Assembly (NCBI GenBank): GCA_965279375.1
Contig: OZ257156.1
Span: 4,096,001-4,160,000, forward strand
Reading direction: 5' to 3'
From: Gemmatimonas sp.
Lineage (GTDB): Bacteria; Gemmatimonadota; Gemmatimonadetes; Gemmatimonadales; Gemmatimonadaceae
Length of the DNA stretch: 64,000 bases
Below are positions 37,898 to 47,958 of this stretch, one piece after another. The notes under the pieces were generated by a model. The model was given only the letters and a program-made list of their open reading frames with translations, ran no database searches and had not been told where the DNA came from. The position numbers were made by a program, and so were the translations under genes. The stretch's first letter is position 1, and every line of letters starts with the position of its first letter.

Positions 37898-40800
37898 TCA
37901 GTACCCCAGGTTGACGCGCAACGTCCAGTAACGCAGGAGCGGCGCAGAGAAGAAGTCGTTGTTGCCACCGCCGGTGTTATTGACGCTACCGTTCGATTCC
38001 GGATCGATGCCCGGGAAGCGCGTCCACAGGAGGCCGATGTTGCGACCCACCAGCGAAACGGTTGCACTGCGCGCCTTCATCTTGTTCGCGTACGACGTCG
38101 GCAGCGTGTAGCCGACCGACAGCTCGCGGAAGCGAATGAAATCGTTGGGCGTGAAGTAGCCCCACACGCTGTTGCCCAGACGCGCACTCGTGGTCACCAC
38201 GGCCGCCGCCTGATCGGCCAGTGGCGCCGTCTTGTCGTTCACGCCGCGGCAATTGCCCGAAATGCACCGCTGATTCTCGAAGCCCCACTGGTTGTAGTGG
38301 CCGCCGCGATAGTCGATCAGCGTGCTCACCTGCACCGTGTTCTTGAAGAAGCCGAACGTGTTCGACCATCCTGCCTCGTTGACGGGGAGCGTGGCGCCCT
38401 TGTACTCGGCGGTGTCGCCCACGACGATCTCGCTCTCGGTCAGGATGCCGTCGTTGTTGGCATCGGTGTAGCTCTTGATCGGACGCGCCCACAAGCCGAA
38501 CGCCGGATAGCCGACGACGTTGCGCGAGCCCTGGGTTACCGCGAGCTGTGCCTTGCCCGCGTCGACCAGCTTGTTCTTGATGTGCGAGCCGTTCAAGCGC
38601 GCGCTCCACGTGAGCCACTTGCGATCGAGCAACGTGAGATCGATCGACAACTCGCCGCCGGCGTTCATCACGGCCGCGATATTCTGCCACTGGCTCGCGC
38701 CGGCGCCGAAGCTCGGCGGCAGCGGGTTCTGGAAGAGCGCGTCCTTGGACAGCTTGCGGAAGTACGTGGCTTCCACGTTCACGCGATTGCCGAACAGCGC
38801 CGCATCAAAGCCGGTCTCCGTTTCGGTCGTGACTTCAGGGCGCAGATCGGAGTTGCCGATGGCGCCAAGTCGAAGCGCACCGACTTCCGTTCCACCGAGC
38901 GGCACCGTGTTGGCATTGAGGAACTGCAGCGCGGCGATCGTGCTCGGCTGCACGCCCGCCTGTCCCCAAGCCGAACGGAAGCGCAGGTTGTTCAACTTGC
39001 TCCACTGCGGGAACCATGACTCTTCGGTGAGCACGTACGACAGCGCGAAACGCGGATAGAGCGTGTTCGTCGCATTGCGACCGAAGGCGCTGTTCTGATC
39101 CGTGCGCACGCTGCCCGTCAGGAACAGCCGATCATTCCACGACAGGTCCTGCTGCAGGTAAGCGCCGAACGTGGCGTTCTCCGAGGTGAACTCACTCGCC
39201 GTGCGAATCGACGCCGAGTTGGGCGTCTGCGCGCCCGGCGGCAGCGTGTACCCCTGCACCACCGTTTCGTACTGCGTGTCCTTGAACCACTGCGCACCAA
39301 CGCTCGTCTTGGACGCGATCGTGGGAGAGAGCGCGAAGCTTGCTGTCGAACCGAGATCGACCGAGTAGCGCGAGAACACGTTGCGGTTGGCGTCCTTGCC
39401 GCCCGTCTGCCCCGGCGGCCCCCAGCCGGTGACCGTACCTTCGTTCGCACGTGCGAAGCGATACGAGTAGCCGTTGAGCTGATCGAGTCCGATCACGGCG
39501 CGATTGGCCAGCCACGACACCGGCTTCCAGTTGAACTGCGTCGAGCCGGTGAATCGCTGGTCGCGCTTGGATTGCGTCACGGAGAGAATGTCCCCGGTGA
39601 ACTGCGCCGAATTGCCGTTGAATGCTGTGCGGAATCCCGGCGCGAAGTACGTCTGGAACGAGAGGCCTGCGAAGAAGCCACCATCGAACGGACTGAGCAG
39701 CGACCGATCGATGTAGCCCGTGGAGACGGTCATGTCCGCCGTCTTGCCCAACGGGAACGTGAAGTTGCCGCGCAACGACGTCTGCGTGAGCTGATTGGGG
39801 TTGATCTGATCCGCACGCGGGCGCGAGCCGCGCAGTGTGGTCAGTCGGCTGATTTCAGCGGCGGGCATTTCGTAGGGACCCGTCTCCGCCATGCGCTCCG
39901 CAGAGAAGAAGTACTTGAGATTGTCGTTGCCGCCGGACGCGTTGATGCCGAACGAGTAGCGCGGCTGGTCCTTGAATGGCGACGTCTCCGCGTTCATGAG
40001 CGGATTGAACGTCGTCAACGAATCGCGCACGCAGCGATTGAGCGACTGATCGCCCAAGCGGCAGAGCACCGCCGCGGCCGTCGGCGTACCGTTGACGATG
40101 TTGCGTCCCCACGACCGATAGTTGTCGAAGAACTGCGCCGGTTGACCGACGGTTCCGTATTCCGCCGTGGTGGCCCACCGTGTCGCGCCGGTACGACCGC
40201 GCTTGGTCTTGATGACGAGCACGCCATTGGCGGCGGCGGTCCCGTACAGTGCGGATGCGGACGGCCCCTTGAGAATGTCGACCGACTCGATCTCTTCGGG
40301 GTTGATACCGCTGAAGTTGTTGATGCGCTGCGTCGAGAAGTTGCCGGGCGCGGGCGAGTTGTCGATACGCACACCGTCCACGATGATCAACGGCTCGTTG
40401 GACAGTGAGAGCGAGCTGGTGCCACGAATGCGGATGGACGACGAGGTGCCCGTCTGACCCGAGCCTTGAATGATCTGCACGCCAGCAACGCGCCCCTGCA
40501 ACATCTCGTTCACATTCGTGGCCGCAGCCTTCTCGGCCAGGGAATCGAACTTGACCGTCGCAACGACGTTGCCGTACGACTTGCGCGACTGTTCACCGGT
40601 GGCGGTCGTGACGACGGCATCGAGCGTCTTCACCGCCGTCTCCAGCGTGAAGTCCACCGTGACATCGCCACCTGCGGTGACCTGTACCGTCTTGGAGACC
40701 GGCTGGTAGCCAAGTCGAACGACGCGAATGAGCACCGATCCGGGCGAGACGCCGAGCAACACGTAGCGGCCGTCCGCTCCCGTGAGATTGCCCTGACGGG

Positions 40801-40954
40801 TGCCCGCCACGATGACCTGCGCAGCGGCCAACGGATTGTTCGTTCCCGTTTCGAGCACGCGACCACGAACGGTGCCGCCTCGGTCCTGCGCGCGCAGCAG
40901 CGCCGGTATGCATCCCGCGACCAGTGCTGCCGTTGCCAACCATTTCCTTCGCAT
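37898..40954 (-). CDS. SusC/RagA-family TonB-dependent outer-membrane transporter
   Basis: N-terminal CarboxypepD-like domain, IRIRG, PLIIVDG, IESVDILKGPSASALYG..AANGV, GN.DLRPE, C-terminal aromatic residue. Confidence 0.95.
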   Translation of the reverse strand: MRRKWLATAALVAGCIPALLRAQDRGGTVRGRVLETGTNNPLAAAQVIVAGTRQGNLTGADGRYVLLGVSPGSVLIRVVRLGYQPVSKTVQVTAGGDVTVDFTLETAVKTLDAVVTTATGEQSRKSYGNVVATVKFDSLAEKAAATNVNEMLQGRVAGVQIIQGSGQTGTSSSIRIRGTSSLSLSNEPLIIVDGVRIDNSPAPGNFSTQRINNFSGINPEEIESVDILKGPSASALYGTAAANGVLVIKTKRGRTGATRWATTAEYGTVGQPAQFFDNYRSWGRNIVNGTPTAAAVLCRLGDQSLNRCVRDSLTTFNPLMNAETSPFKDQPRYSFGINASGGNDNLKYFFSAERMAETGPYEMPAAEISRLTTLRGSRPRADQINPNQLTQTSLRGNFTFPLGKTADMTVSTGYIDRSLLSPFDGGFFAGLSFQTYFAPGFRTAFNGNSAQFTGDILSVTQSKRDQRFTGSTQFNWKPVSWLANRAVIGLDQLNGYSYRFARANEGTVTGWGPPGQTGGKDANRNVFSRYSVDLGSTASFALSPTIASKTSVGAQWFKDTQYETVVQGYTLPPGAQTPNSASIRTASEFTSENATFGAYLQQDLSWNDRLFLTGSVRTDQNSAFGRNATNTLYPRFALSYVLTEESWFPQWSKLNNLRFRSAWGQAGVQPSTIAALQFLNANTVPLGGTEVGALRLGAIGNSDLRPEVTTETETGFDAALFGNRVNVEATYFRKLSKDALFQNPLPPSFGAGASQWQNIAAVMNAGGELSIDLTLLDRKWLTWSARLNGSHIKNKLVDAGKAQLAVTQGSRNVVGYPAFGLWARPIKSYTDANNDGILTESEIVVGDTAEYKGATLPVNEAGWSNTFGFFKNTVQVSTLIDYRGGHYNQWGFENQRCISGNCRGVNDKTAPLADQAAAVVTTSARLGNSVWGYFTPNDFIRFRELSVGYTLPTSYANKMKARSATVSLVGRNIGLLWTRFPGIDPESNGSVNNTGGGNNDFFSAPLLRYWTLRVNLGY

Positions 40955-41200
40955 GCGCTGCTCCTGTCCGAAAGAGGGCCACGCCAACGGTCACCTCCCA
41001 TTCGATGACCGCACTCCCACCACTCACAGCTCACACCAACAGGCTCGGACCACCACGTGAATACGCGTCAACTCGATCTCAAGAGAGTGCGCGGCGCGTT
41101 TGCCTGATGCGATTGTCGCGCTCCATCGAGGCGACCCTCCAATCCACCCGAGGCGGCACAGCGCACGCCATCATCACCGGAATGTCACGGTGACAGTGCT

Positions 41201-41229
41201 ACAATCGGAGCCCGATCTTGCGCTGTCAA
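41201..41229 (-). promoter_or_regulatory. putative sigma70 promoter of susC-susD
   Basis: Minus strand perfect TTGACA (41229-41224), 17-bp spacer, weak -10 GATTGT (41206-41201). Confidence 0.4.
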
Positions 41230-41317
41230 GCGAAGAGCGCACAACCGCGGCGACCGTTCGCGCGAAGAATACGGCTCCCGGGGGCGCACCGGCTTCCGCC
41301 CTCACCGTCAGGCGGCG

Positions 41318-42817
41318 CTAATCCTGCGTGAGGATCCCCTGCGGCACTATGAATTCGTCCGTCTCGGTCATGTCGGGCGTGCCCGCCACCGGCAGCGTCA
41401 CGGTGAATGTGCTCCCGCGCCCCAGACGCGACTGCACGCTCAGCGTGCCGCCATGCGCCTGCGCAATCCACTGGCAGATCGCGAGCCCAAGACCAAAGCC
41501 ACCTCGCTCCGATGCGCGCGAGCGCACACGGTCGGCGCGCCAGAAGCGCTCGAAGACGTACGGCAGGTCGGCGGCGGCAATGCCGATCCCTGTGTCCCGC
41601 ACCGACAGCGACACCAGATCGCCACTGCGGGTCAGGGTGATCTCCACGCGACCGCCGCGTGGTGTGTACTTGATTGCGTTGGTCACGAGGTTCAGGAACA
41701 GCTGACGCAGTCGCGTCAGGTCGCCCGACACCTCCACCTCCTCGATCACCGGCGAATCGATCTCGAGCCCCGGTTCCTCGCCGAGCAGTCGCGCCGTCTC
41801 CACGACCTCGCGCGCAAGCGGCCCGAGTTCGACCGGCTCGCGGTAGAGATCGAAGCGCCCTTCGTCGGCCCGAGCCAGTGTCAACAGCGAATCGACCAGA
41901 TCAGCCATGCGGGTCAACTGCTGCAGTGCCTCCTCGAGCGCGACGGCCTGCTCGGTACCCGTCGAAACGGGCGACATGGCGCGCTCCACGTCGGCGCGCA
42001 TTACGGTGAGTGGAGTCTTGAGCTCGTGACTCGCGTCGGCCGTGAATCGCCTGAGCGCGCCGAATGAGGTTTCCAGGCGCTCGATCATCGCATTCAGCGT
42101 GGACGACAGTCGTGACAGCTCATCGCCAGCCGCGCCGATCGCCAGGCGTCGATGCAGCGAGCGCCCGTCGGTAATGGCTTCCACCTGATCGATGATGCGA
42201 TCGATCGGGCGGAACGCGCGCCCCGCGATGACGTACGCGAAGATCACCGAAACGGCGAGCAGGAACGGCGTGATGAGCAGCATCGTTCCGACAAGCTCAC
42301 GCGGCGTGAACTCGATCTCGCTGGTACTCAGCGCCGCGTAGACGCGATAGCGGTCGTTCGTGCTGAGCGGCACCACGCGCGTGGCCATCAGAACTTCGTC
42401 GCTGCTCATCTTGACGCGACGGACCGCATTGCCCGGTCGCGACTCGCGAGCCGCCGTGCTGAACACGTCGCGGTCCGAAGTCGAGAGCGCGGCCACCGGC
42501 TTCGACGCATACAAGTCGTACCCCGTGCTGTCCTGCACGAGCACATAGCCTTCGAGAATGGAGAGGAAGTCGCCCATGCGAATGCTCACCGTTCTCGCCG
42601 CGAGCGGATCCTTCTGCGCCAGAATCGGCTCCCATCCCGTGGTGCGCGCCACCCGGATGGCCTTCTCGACCTGCTCCGCCTCCTGTAGTACCCGAGCTTC
42701 GAGCTCGCGGAAGAGCAACTCGCGCCGCACGGCCAGCAGCGTGACCGAAAAGATCAGCAGCGTCCCGAGGAACGCGGCCGTCCATGCTACGGTCAGACGA
42801 GCGCGGATGGAGCTCAC
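41318..42817 (-). CDS. membrane sensor histidine kinase (HAMP-HisKA-HATPase, CusS-like)
   Basis: Two TMs, DELSRL HAMP, FTADASHELKTPL, NLVTNAIKY, DTGIG, GLGLAI. Confidence 0.95.
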   Translation of the reverse strand: MSSIRARLTVAWTAAFLGTLLIFSVTLLAVRRELLFRELEARVLQEAEQVEKAIRVARTTGWEPILAQKDPLAARTVSIRMGDFLSILEGYVLVQDSTGYDLYASKPVAALSTSDRDVFSTAARESRPGNAVRRVKMSSDEVLMATRVVPLSTNDRYRVYAALSTSEIEFTPRELVGTMLLITPFLLAVSVIFAYVIAGRAFRPIDRIIDQVEAITDGRSLHRRLAIGAAGDELSRLSSTLNAMIERLETSFGALRRFTADASHELKTPLTVMRADVERAMSPVSTGTEQAVALEEALQQLTRMADLVDSLLTLARADEGRFDLYREPVELGPLAREVVETARLLGEEPGLEIDSPVIEEVEVSGDLTRLRQLFLNLVTNAIKYTPRGGRVEITLTRSGDLVSLSVRDTGIGIAAADLPYVFERFWRADRVRSRASERGGFGLGLAICQWIAQAHGGTLSVQSRLGRGSTFTVTLPVAGTPDMTETDEFIVPQGILTQD

Positions 42818-42827
42818 AACGGCGAGG

Positions 42828-43496
42828 CTACGCGCGGATCATGTAGCCGACGCCACGCACCGTGGTGATCAGCTTCTTGTCATGCTTCGCGTCGATCTTC
42901 TTGCGCAGGTGATTGATGACCACGTCGACGATGTTGGTGCCCGGGTCGAAGTGATAACCCCACGCGTACTCGGTAATGAGCGTTCGGCTCATCACACGTC
43001 CGGCATGCCGCATGAGATACTCCAGCACCGCGAACTCTTTCGGCGTCAGTTCGATGTGCTCGCCGGTGCGCCGCACGTCGTGCGTCCCCTGATCGAGCTC
43101 CAGATCGTCCACGCGCAACAGCGGCGATGCAAGCGCGCGCGGCCGACGCGCCAGCGCCTCCACACGGGCCAGCAACTCTTCAAAGGCGAACGGCTTGGTG
43201 ACGTAGTCGTCCGCACCGGCACGCAACGTCTCCACCTTCGCGTCCACGGCGTCCTGCGCGGTCAACACCAGCACCGGTCGCTCGAACCCCTTGGCCCGCA
43301 GCGACCGCAGCACGTCCAGGCCGTTGCGACCCGGCAGACGCATGTCCAACACCAGCAGATCGTAGGGCTGCGACAAGGCCATGCGCTCCCCTTCAGCGCC
43401 GTTGGCGATGAGATCCGCCTGCCAGCGCTGCTCCTCGAATCCGCGGCGCATGAACTCGCCCACGGTCGGATCGTCCTCGATCACCAGAATCTTCAT
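42828..43496 (-). CDS. OmpR-family response regulator (CusR/CopR-like)
   Basis: IEDD, LDMRLP, LTA, GADDYVTKPF, LTPKEF, NIVDVVINHLRKK, TVRGVGY. Confidence 0.96.
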   Translation of the reverse strand: MKILVIEDDPTVGEFMRRGFEEQRWQADLIANGAEGERMALSQPYDLLVLDMRLPGRNGLDVLRSLRAKGFERPVLVLTAQDAVDAKVETLRAGADDYVTKPFAFEELLARVEALARRPRALASPLLRVDDLELDQGTHDVRRTGEHIELTPKEFAVLEYLMRHAGRVMSRTLITEYAWGYHFDPGTNIVDVVINHLRKKIDAKHDKKLITTVRGVGYMIRA

Positions 43497-43573
43497 CCGA
43501 TCACCTGTTGATCACTTTGCGATCAGTAAACCATCGTCGTGCAATCGACCCAGTCCGATGGTCGGCGCGCTGC

Positions 43574-44971
43574 TCACGCGCCACGACCCGGCGGACGCCG
43601 AAAGCCATACTCACGAATCTTCCGATACAGCGTCTTGGGCGAGATCCCCAGCACTTCGGCCGCACGCCCCTGATGCCATCCCGCGCGATCGAGCACGTCT
43701 GCGATATGCCGGCGCTCGAGCTCAGACAGGGTCAGCACTGACGATGGCGTCGCACGCATCGCCGCACCCACGTCGGTGCCAAGCGGCAGATCGCTGGCGC
43801 TGATGGTACCATCGGTGGCGAGCAACACGGCGCGCTCGATCACGTTGCGGAGCTCGCGCACGTTCCCCGGCCAGCGATACCGCTCCAGCACGGCTAACGC
43901 ATCGTTGCTGAGTAGCGGCGCCTGTGCGCCGCCAAACTGCAGCAGAAAATGCTGCGCCAGCGGCGCCACATCCACCAGGCGCTCACGCAACGGCGGCAAC
44001 GCCACGCGAATCGTATTCACGCGATGCAGCAGGTCTTCGCGGAAGAGCCCCGCCGTCACCATGCGCGACAGATCGTGCGTGGTGGACGCGATGACGCGCA
44101 CGTTCACTTCCACCTTCTGCGTGCCACCGACGCGATAGAAGCTCCCCGTATCCAGCGCGCGGAGCAACTTGCCCTGCAGCTTGAGTTCCAGGTCCCCGAT
44201 GTTGTCGAGAAAGAGCGTACCGCCGGCGGCCAGTTCGATCAGCCCCACCTTCCGATGGTCGGCGCCGGGGAACGCCCCCTTCTCCACGCCGAACAACTCG
44301 GTCTCCAACAGCGACTCGGCCAGCGCCGCGCAGTTGAGATCGATGAACGGTCCATCGGGATGTTCGCTGCGCGCGTGCAGCAATCGCGCCACCAGGTCCT
44401 TGCCCGTCCCCGATTCACCGGAGATCAGCACCGGTGACTGACTTGGTGCGACGCGCTCGACCAACGAAAGCACGGCCACGAGCGGCGCGTACTGCGTCAC
44501 GAAGCTCGCCGACTCAGCCTCGCGCTGCAGGCGCTGCTGCAGGAAGACATTGTCGCGCGACAGCATGCGCTTCTCCCAGGCACGACGCACCAACGCATCG
44601 ATCTCCGCCATCCGATACGGCTTGGAAAGAAAATCGTACGCGCCGAGCTTGAGCGCCGCGATCGCCGTTTCCATCGTGCCGTTCCCCGTGATCACGATGA
44701 TCTCGGGCGGCAACGGCTCCTCGCGCACTTGTCGCAGCACTTCCAGTCCGTCGAGTTCCGGCATCACGATGTCGAGCAGCGCGACATCATACGATTCCGC
44801 CTTGAGCTCCTCGAGCGCCGCGCGACCATTGCGCACGATCTTGACGGCGAAACCGCGCGCGAGCATGAACTGCTCGAGGATCGTGCCGAGGTGCGTCTCG
44901 TCTTCGGCGATGAGCACACGAATCGGCGAGCCGAGGTCGGTCCCGCGCACGGGCGTGAGCGTGCTCGTCAT
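43574..44971 (-). CDS. NtrC-family response regulator (REC-AAA+-Fis HTH) with degenerate motifs
   Basis: AEDE, LLD, KP; GESGTGKD, GAFPGA, LFLDN, WPGNVREL, LGISPKTLYRK. Confidence 0.93.
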   Translation of the reverse strand: MTSTLTPVRGTDLGSPIRVLIAEDETHLGTILEQFMLARGFAVKIVRNGRAALEELKAESYDVALLDIVMPELDGLEVLRQVREEPLPPEIIVITGNGTMETAIAALKLGAYDFLSKPYRMAEIDALVRRAWEKRMLSRDNVFLQQRLQREAESASFVTQYAPLVAVLSLVERVAPSQSPVLISGESGTGKDLVARLLHARSEHPDGPFIDLNCAALAESLLETELFGVEKGAFPGADHRKVGLIELAAGGTLFLDNIGDLELKLQGKLLRALDTGSFYRVGGTQKVEVNVRVIASTTHDLSRMVTAGLFREDLLHRVNTIRVALPPLRERLVDVAPLAQHFLLQFGGAQAPLLSNDALAVLERYRWPGNVRELRNVIERAVLLATDGTISASDLPLGTDVGAAMRATPSSVLTLSELERRHIADVLDRAGWHQGRAAEVLGISPKTLYRKIREYGFRRPPGRGA

Positions 44972-46500
44972 GCGCTGAACTCGTGCATGGGCAGCGAGAC
45001 GCGGAACGTCGCGCCCTGCCCTTCCGGACTGATCACTTCCAGCTGCCCCGCGTGGTCGTTGACGATGCCGTAGCACACCGCGAGCCCAAGACCTGTCCCT
45101 TGTCCGGGGGCCTTCGTGGTGAAGAACGGTTCGAAAATCTTGGTCTGCAGCGCTCGCGGAATTCCCGGACCGTCATCGGACACTTCGAGCATGGCCGCGC
45201 GCATCGTCGTCCCCTCCCGCAACTCGCCCTGCGCATCGCGCCGTGTACGCACCACCACGCGCGCGCCGTCCGGGGTGGCATCCATTGCGTTGATGGTGAG
45301 CGCGATGAGCACCTGCACCAACTGGTCTGCGTCGCCGTCCACCAAAAGGGGTTCTGCGCTGTCGAGCTCCGTCACCATGCGCACGCGCTTCACCTTCGGA
45401 TGATGTTGCAGCAGGAACATCCCTTGCTGCACGACGGCGTTGAGATCGAGCGTCTCACGCTGTGCTGGCTTGGGTCTGGAGAAGTCGAGCAGGCTGTTGA
45501 CGATTTTCTTGCAGCGCTGCACTTCGAGGTCGATGATGTGCAGCAACTCGTCGGGCGAGGATCCCGTGGAAATCGGCGTGCCGGCGGCGGCGAGCTCCCG
45601 CTGCATCTGCATCGACTCCGCACAGGCAGCGATGGTCGCGAGCGGATTGTTGATTTCGTGCATGACGCCAGCAGCGAGCTGACCGAGCGCGGCGAGTTTC
45701 TCCGACTGCGCCGTACGATCGATCGCCGCTTTCCAGTCGGTCACGTCTTCGCCGATCGTGATCACATGCGTGACGGTATCGCCGTCCATGCGCATCGGGA
45801 TCTTCGAGATGCGAAAGGTGCGCACGTCGCCGAACGCGGTGCTTTCCATCTGGAACTGCTGCAGACGTCCTGACGCGAACACCTCGTCGAACTCCTGCTT
45901 GAGCAGCGCTGCGGGCTGACGATGCAGCACCTCGAAGATCGTGCGGCCGATCGCATCCGTACGCGAGACGCCCTGCAGCCCGGTCTCGCGCTTGTGGTTC
46001 CATGCATGGATGCGATACTCGCGGTCCACCACATACAATCCAACGGGCAACGAGTCCACCACGCGCTCAATAAAGGCGCGCTGTTCCGCGATCTCTCGCA
46101 CGCGGGCCGTGATCTGTCGCTCGAGGTCGCGCATGCGCGTATCGCGCGCCACGACGGACGCGAAGAGGTCGGCGACCGCACCCAGCACGTCGTGCTCGTC
46201 GCGCGAGAGAACTTCGAGACGGTGCACCCGCAGCACACCGAGCGACTCGCCGGCCGCGGCCAGCGGAAACTCGGCCTGCGCCTCACGAGCCGGCTGCCGC
46301 AGCGGGCCAACGCCTTCATCCGTCCACATCTGGCGAGACCGGGCGTCACCGTCCAGCTCGATCGCCACATGATCCGCGCGCAGAGAGGCGCGCAGCCGAC
46401 GGAGTACCGCGATCGCGCCGCTATCGGTATCGGACGCGCGGGCGAGAAGCGCGACGAGTTCGCCCAGCACCTGCGGCGAAGTCGCTGCGACTAAAGACAC
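44968..46500 (-). CDS. cytoplasmic GAF-like/PAS histidine kinase (NtrB-like)
   Basis: PAS ([10 protein letters not shown]...WN...EDVT), [34 protein letters not shown]; no TM; start uncertain (46500-46608). Confidence 0.92.
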   Translation of the reverse strand: MSLVAATSPQVLGELVALLARASDTDSGAIAVLRRLRASLRADHVAIELDGDARSRQMWTDEGVGPLRQPAREAQAEFPLAAAGESLGVLRVHRLEVLSRDEHDVLGAVADLFASVVARDTRMRDLERQITARVREIAEQRAFIERVVDSLPVGLYVVDREYRIHAWNHKRETGLQGVSRTDAIGRTIFEVLHRQPAALLKQEFDEVFASGRLQQFQMESTAFGDVRTFRISKIPMRMDGDTVTHVITIGEDVTDWKAAIDRTAQSEKLAALGQLAAGVMHEINNPLATIAACAESMQMQRELAAAGTPISTGSSPDELLHIIDLEVQRCKKIVNSLLDFSRPKPAQRETLDLNAVVQQGMFLLQHHPKVKRVRMVTELDSAEPLLVDGDADQLVQVLIALTINAMDATPDGARVVVRTRRDAQGELREGTTMRAAMLEVSDDGPGIPRALQTKIFEPFFTTKAPGQGTGLGLAVCYGIVNDHAGQLEVISPEGQGATFRVSLPMHEFSA

Positions 46501-46663
46501 AGTCTGCGATGTGTATTCACTCGAGCAAAGTACGACGCGCGCCGCCATCGGACAAGCTGACCGATCCGGATCTCCTAATGATGCGACGCCTGCACTTTCG
46601 GCACGCACGCTGCGGAAATGGCGTGTCGAGTCCCCGGAAGTACGTCGAGCTGACTGAGATCGA

Positions 46664-46680
46664 ACGGCATGCTGGCTGCA
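46664..46680 (+). promoter_or_regulatory. putative sigma54 -24/-12 promoter of hsp20
   Basis: CGGCATGCTGGCTGCA with GG-N10-GC (46666-46679); a second similar site at 46599-46614. Confidence 0.5.
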
Positions 46681-46800
46681 CGATCTGTACGCGAGCCGTG
46701 AGAGCTCGATCCTCGCGATCAGGCGGCTTGGAGAGCCTCCGCCAGTCGCGCTTCACGTCGCACTTCTCGATCCGAAACGATCACTTCAGGAGTCAGAACC

Positions 46801-47232
46801 ATGCCCATGTTCACCGTCCCCGTCACGTCGCTCCCAGTCTCCGGCCTCCGCCGCGAACTCGATCGCCTGTTTGAAGAGGGACTCTCTCACCGCCAACCCG
46901 CGGCATTCGTTCCTGCAGCGGACGTGCGCGAGGATGCGCAGGCGTACGAACTCGCGCTGGACCTTCCCGGCGTCGCCAAGGAGAGCGTCGAGGTGCTGGC
47001 AGAGGAAGGCGTACTGACGATCAAGGGTGAGCGCCGCGCCGCAGCGCTTGGCGAGGGTCAGCGCACTCTCTCCGCCGAACGCGCGCAGGGCGTGTTCAGC
47101 CGCCGCTTCCGCCTGCCGAAGCAGGCCGACAGTACGCAGATCGAGGCACGGTACGTGGATGGCGTGCTCTCGGTCCGCATCGGCAAGATCACCCCGGTGC
47201 AGCCGCGTCGAGTTGAAGTGAAGCTGTCGTAA
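46801..47232 (+). CDS. small heat-shock protein (Hsp20/alpha-crystallin)
   Basis: PAADVRE, DLPGV, LTIKGER, ER..G.F.R.F.LP, A.Y.DGVL, terminal VEV motif; AGGAG RBS. Confidence 0.96.
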   Translation: MPMFTVPVTSLPVSGLRRELDRLFEEGLSHRQPAAFVPAADVREDAQAYELALDLPGVAKESVEVLAEEGVLTIKGERRAAALGEGQRTLSAERAQGVFSRRFRLPKQADSTQIEARYVDGVLSVRIGKITPVQPRRVEVKLS

Positions 47233-47260
47233 GCCCCCGTTAGTCCGGGCGCCAACCAGA

Positions 47261-47304
47261 CGAGGGCGGTTCGACGAAATGTCGAGCCGCCCTCGCTGCT
47301 TTTT
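47261..47304 (+). terminator. intrinsic terminator after hsp20
   Basis: CGAGGGCGGTTCGAC-GAAAT-GTCGAGCCGCCCTCG followed by CTGCTTTTT. Confidence 0.8.
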
Positions 47305-47322
47305 GCGCGTAGTGGATCGAGG

Positions 47323-47799
47323 CTAGCTCTTCATTGCCGCGATGGCCGCCAGGATCTCGGCGTTCTCGCGGCGCTGGCCCGGCGTTTCCTCGACGTGCGA
47401 CCAGCGCACCACGCCCGTGGTGTCGATGAGGAAGTAGGCACGATTCGAGAAGAACGTATCCTCTCGCAGCACGCCGTAGGCCCGCGAGGCCTCACGCTTG
47501 AAATCGGAGAGCAGGTCCACCGTCATGTTGAACTTGCTTTTGAACTCCTTGAGCGACGGAACGGCGTCGACGCTGATCGGCAGCACCTTAACATCGGCGC
47601 TCGCGAAGGCGTCAAAATCATCGGTGAACGCGCACAGCTCGGCCGTGCAGACACCGGTAAAGGCCAACGGGAAGAACGCCAACAGCACATTCGTCTGTCC
47701 GCGCAGCGCGGAGAGGGTCACGTTTTCACCGGACGTCGAAGCAAGGGTGAAATCGGGTGCCGTGGTGCCGGCGGTCGGCGGTAGCGTTGCAGTGGTCAT
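47323..47799 (-). CDS. peroxiredoxin, AhpE-like
   Basis: APDFTL, FFPLAFTGVCTAELC (PxxxTxxC), LLSDF, NRAYFLID. Confidence 0.9.
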   Translation of the reverse strand: MTTATLPPTAGTTAPDFTLASTSGENVTLSALRGQTNVLLAFFPLAFTGVCTAELCAFTDDFDAFASADVKVLPISVDAVPSLKEFKSKFNMTVDLLSDFKREASRAYGVLREDTFFSNRAYFLIDTTGVVRWSHVEETPGQRRENAEILAAIAAMKS

Positions 47800-47958
47800 C
47801 GTCGCGTCGGAAGAGAAGTCGGGGTCAGCGTCATCATGCGGGAGAAGCTCGTCACAAGATAGGCCGCGGGTATGGCGTCCGGGGCTGGTCGCCGTATCGT
47901 TGCACCGTTGGTCCCGCGGGCTGTTCCGCGGCACCGTCCCGAACCAGGCAGGCATCGC

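Noticed and set aside
35467..37914. 815-aa plus-strand ORF
   Set aside because: Antisense to susD and the plug gene; Arg-rich, no recognisable domain
46500..46800. CIRCE/HrcA operator upstream of hsp20
   Set aside because: No TTAGCACTC-N9-GAGTGCTAA match
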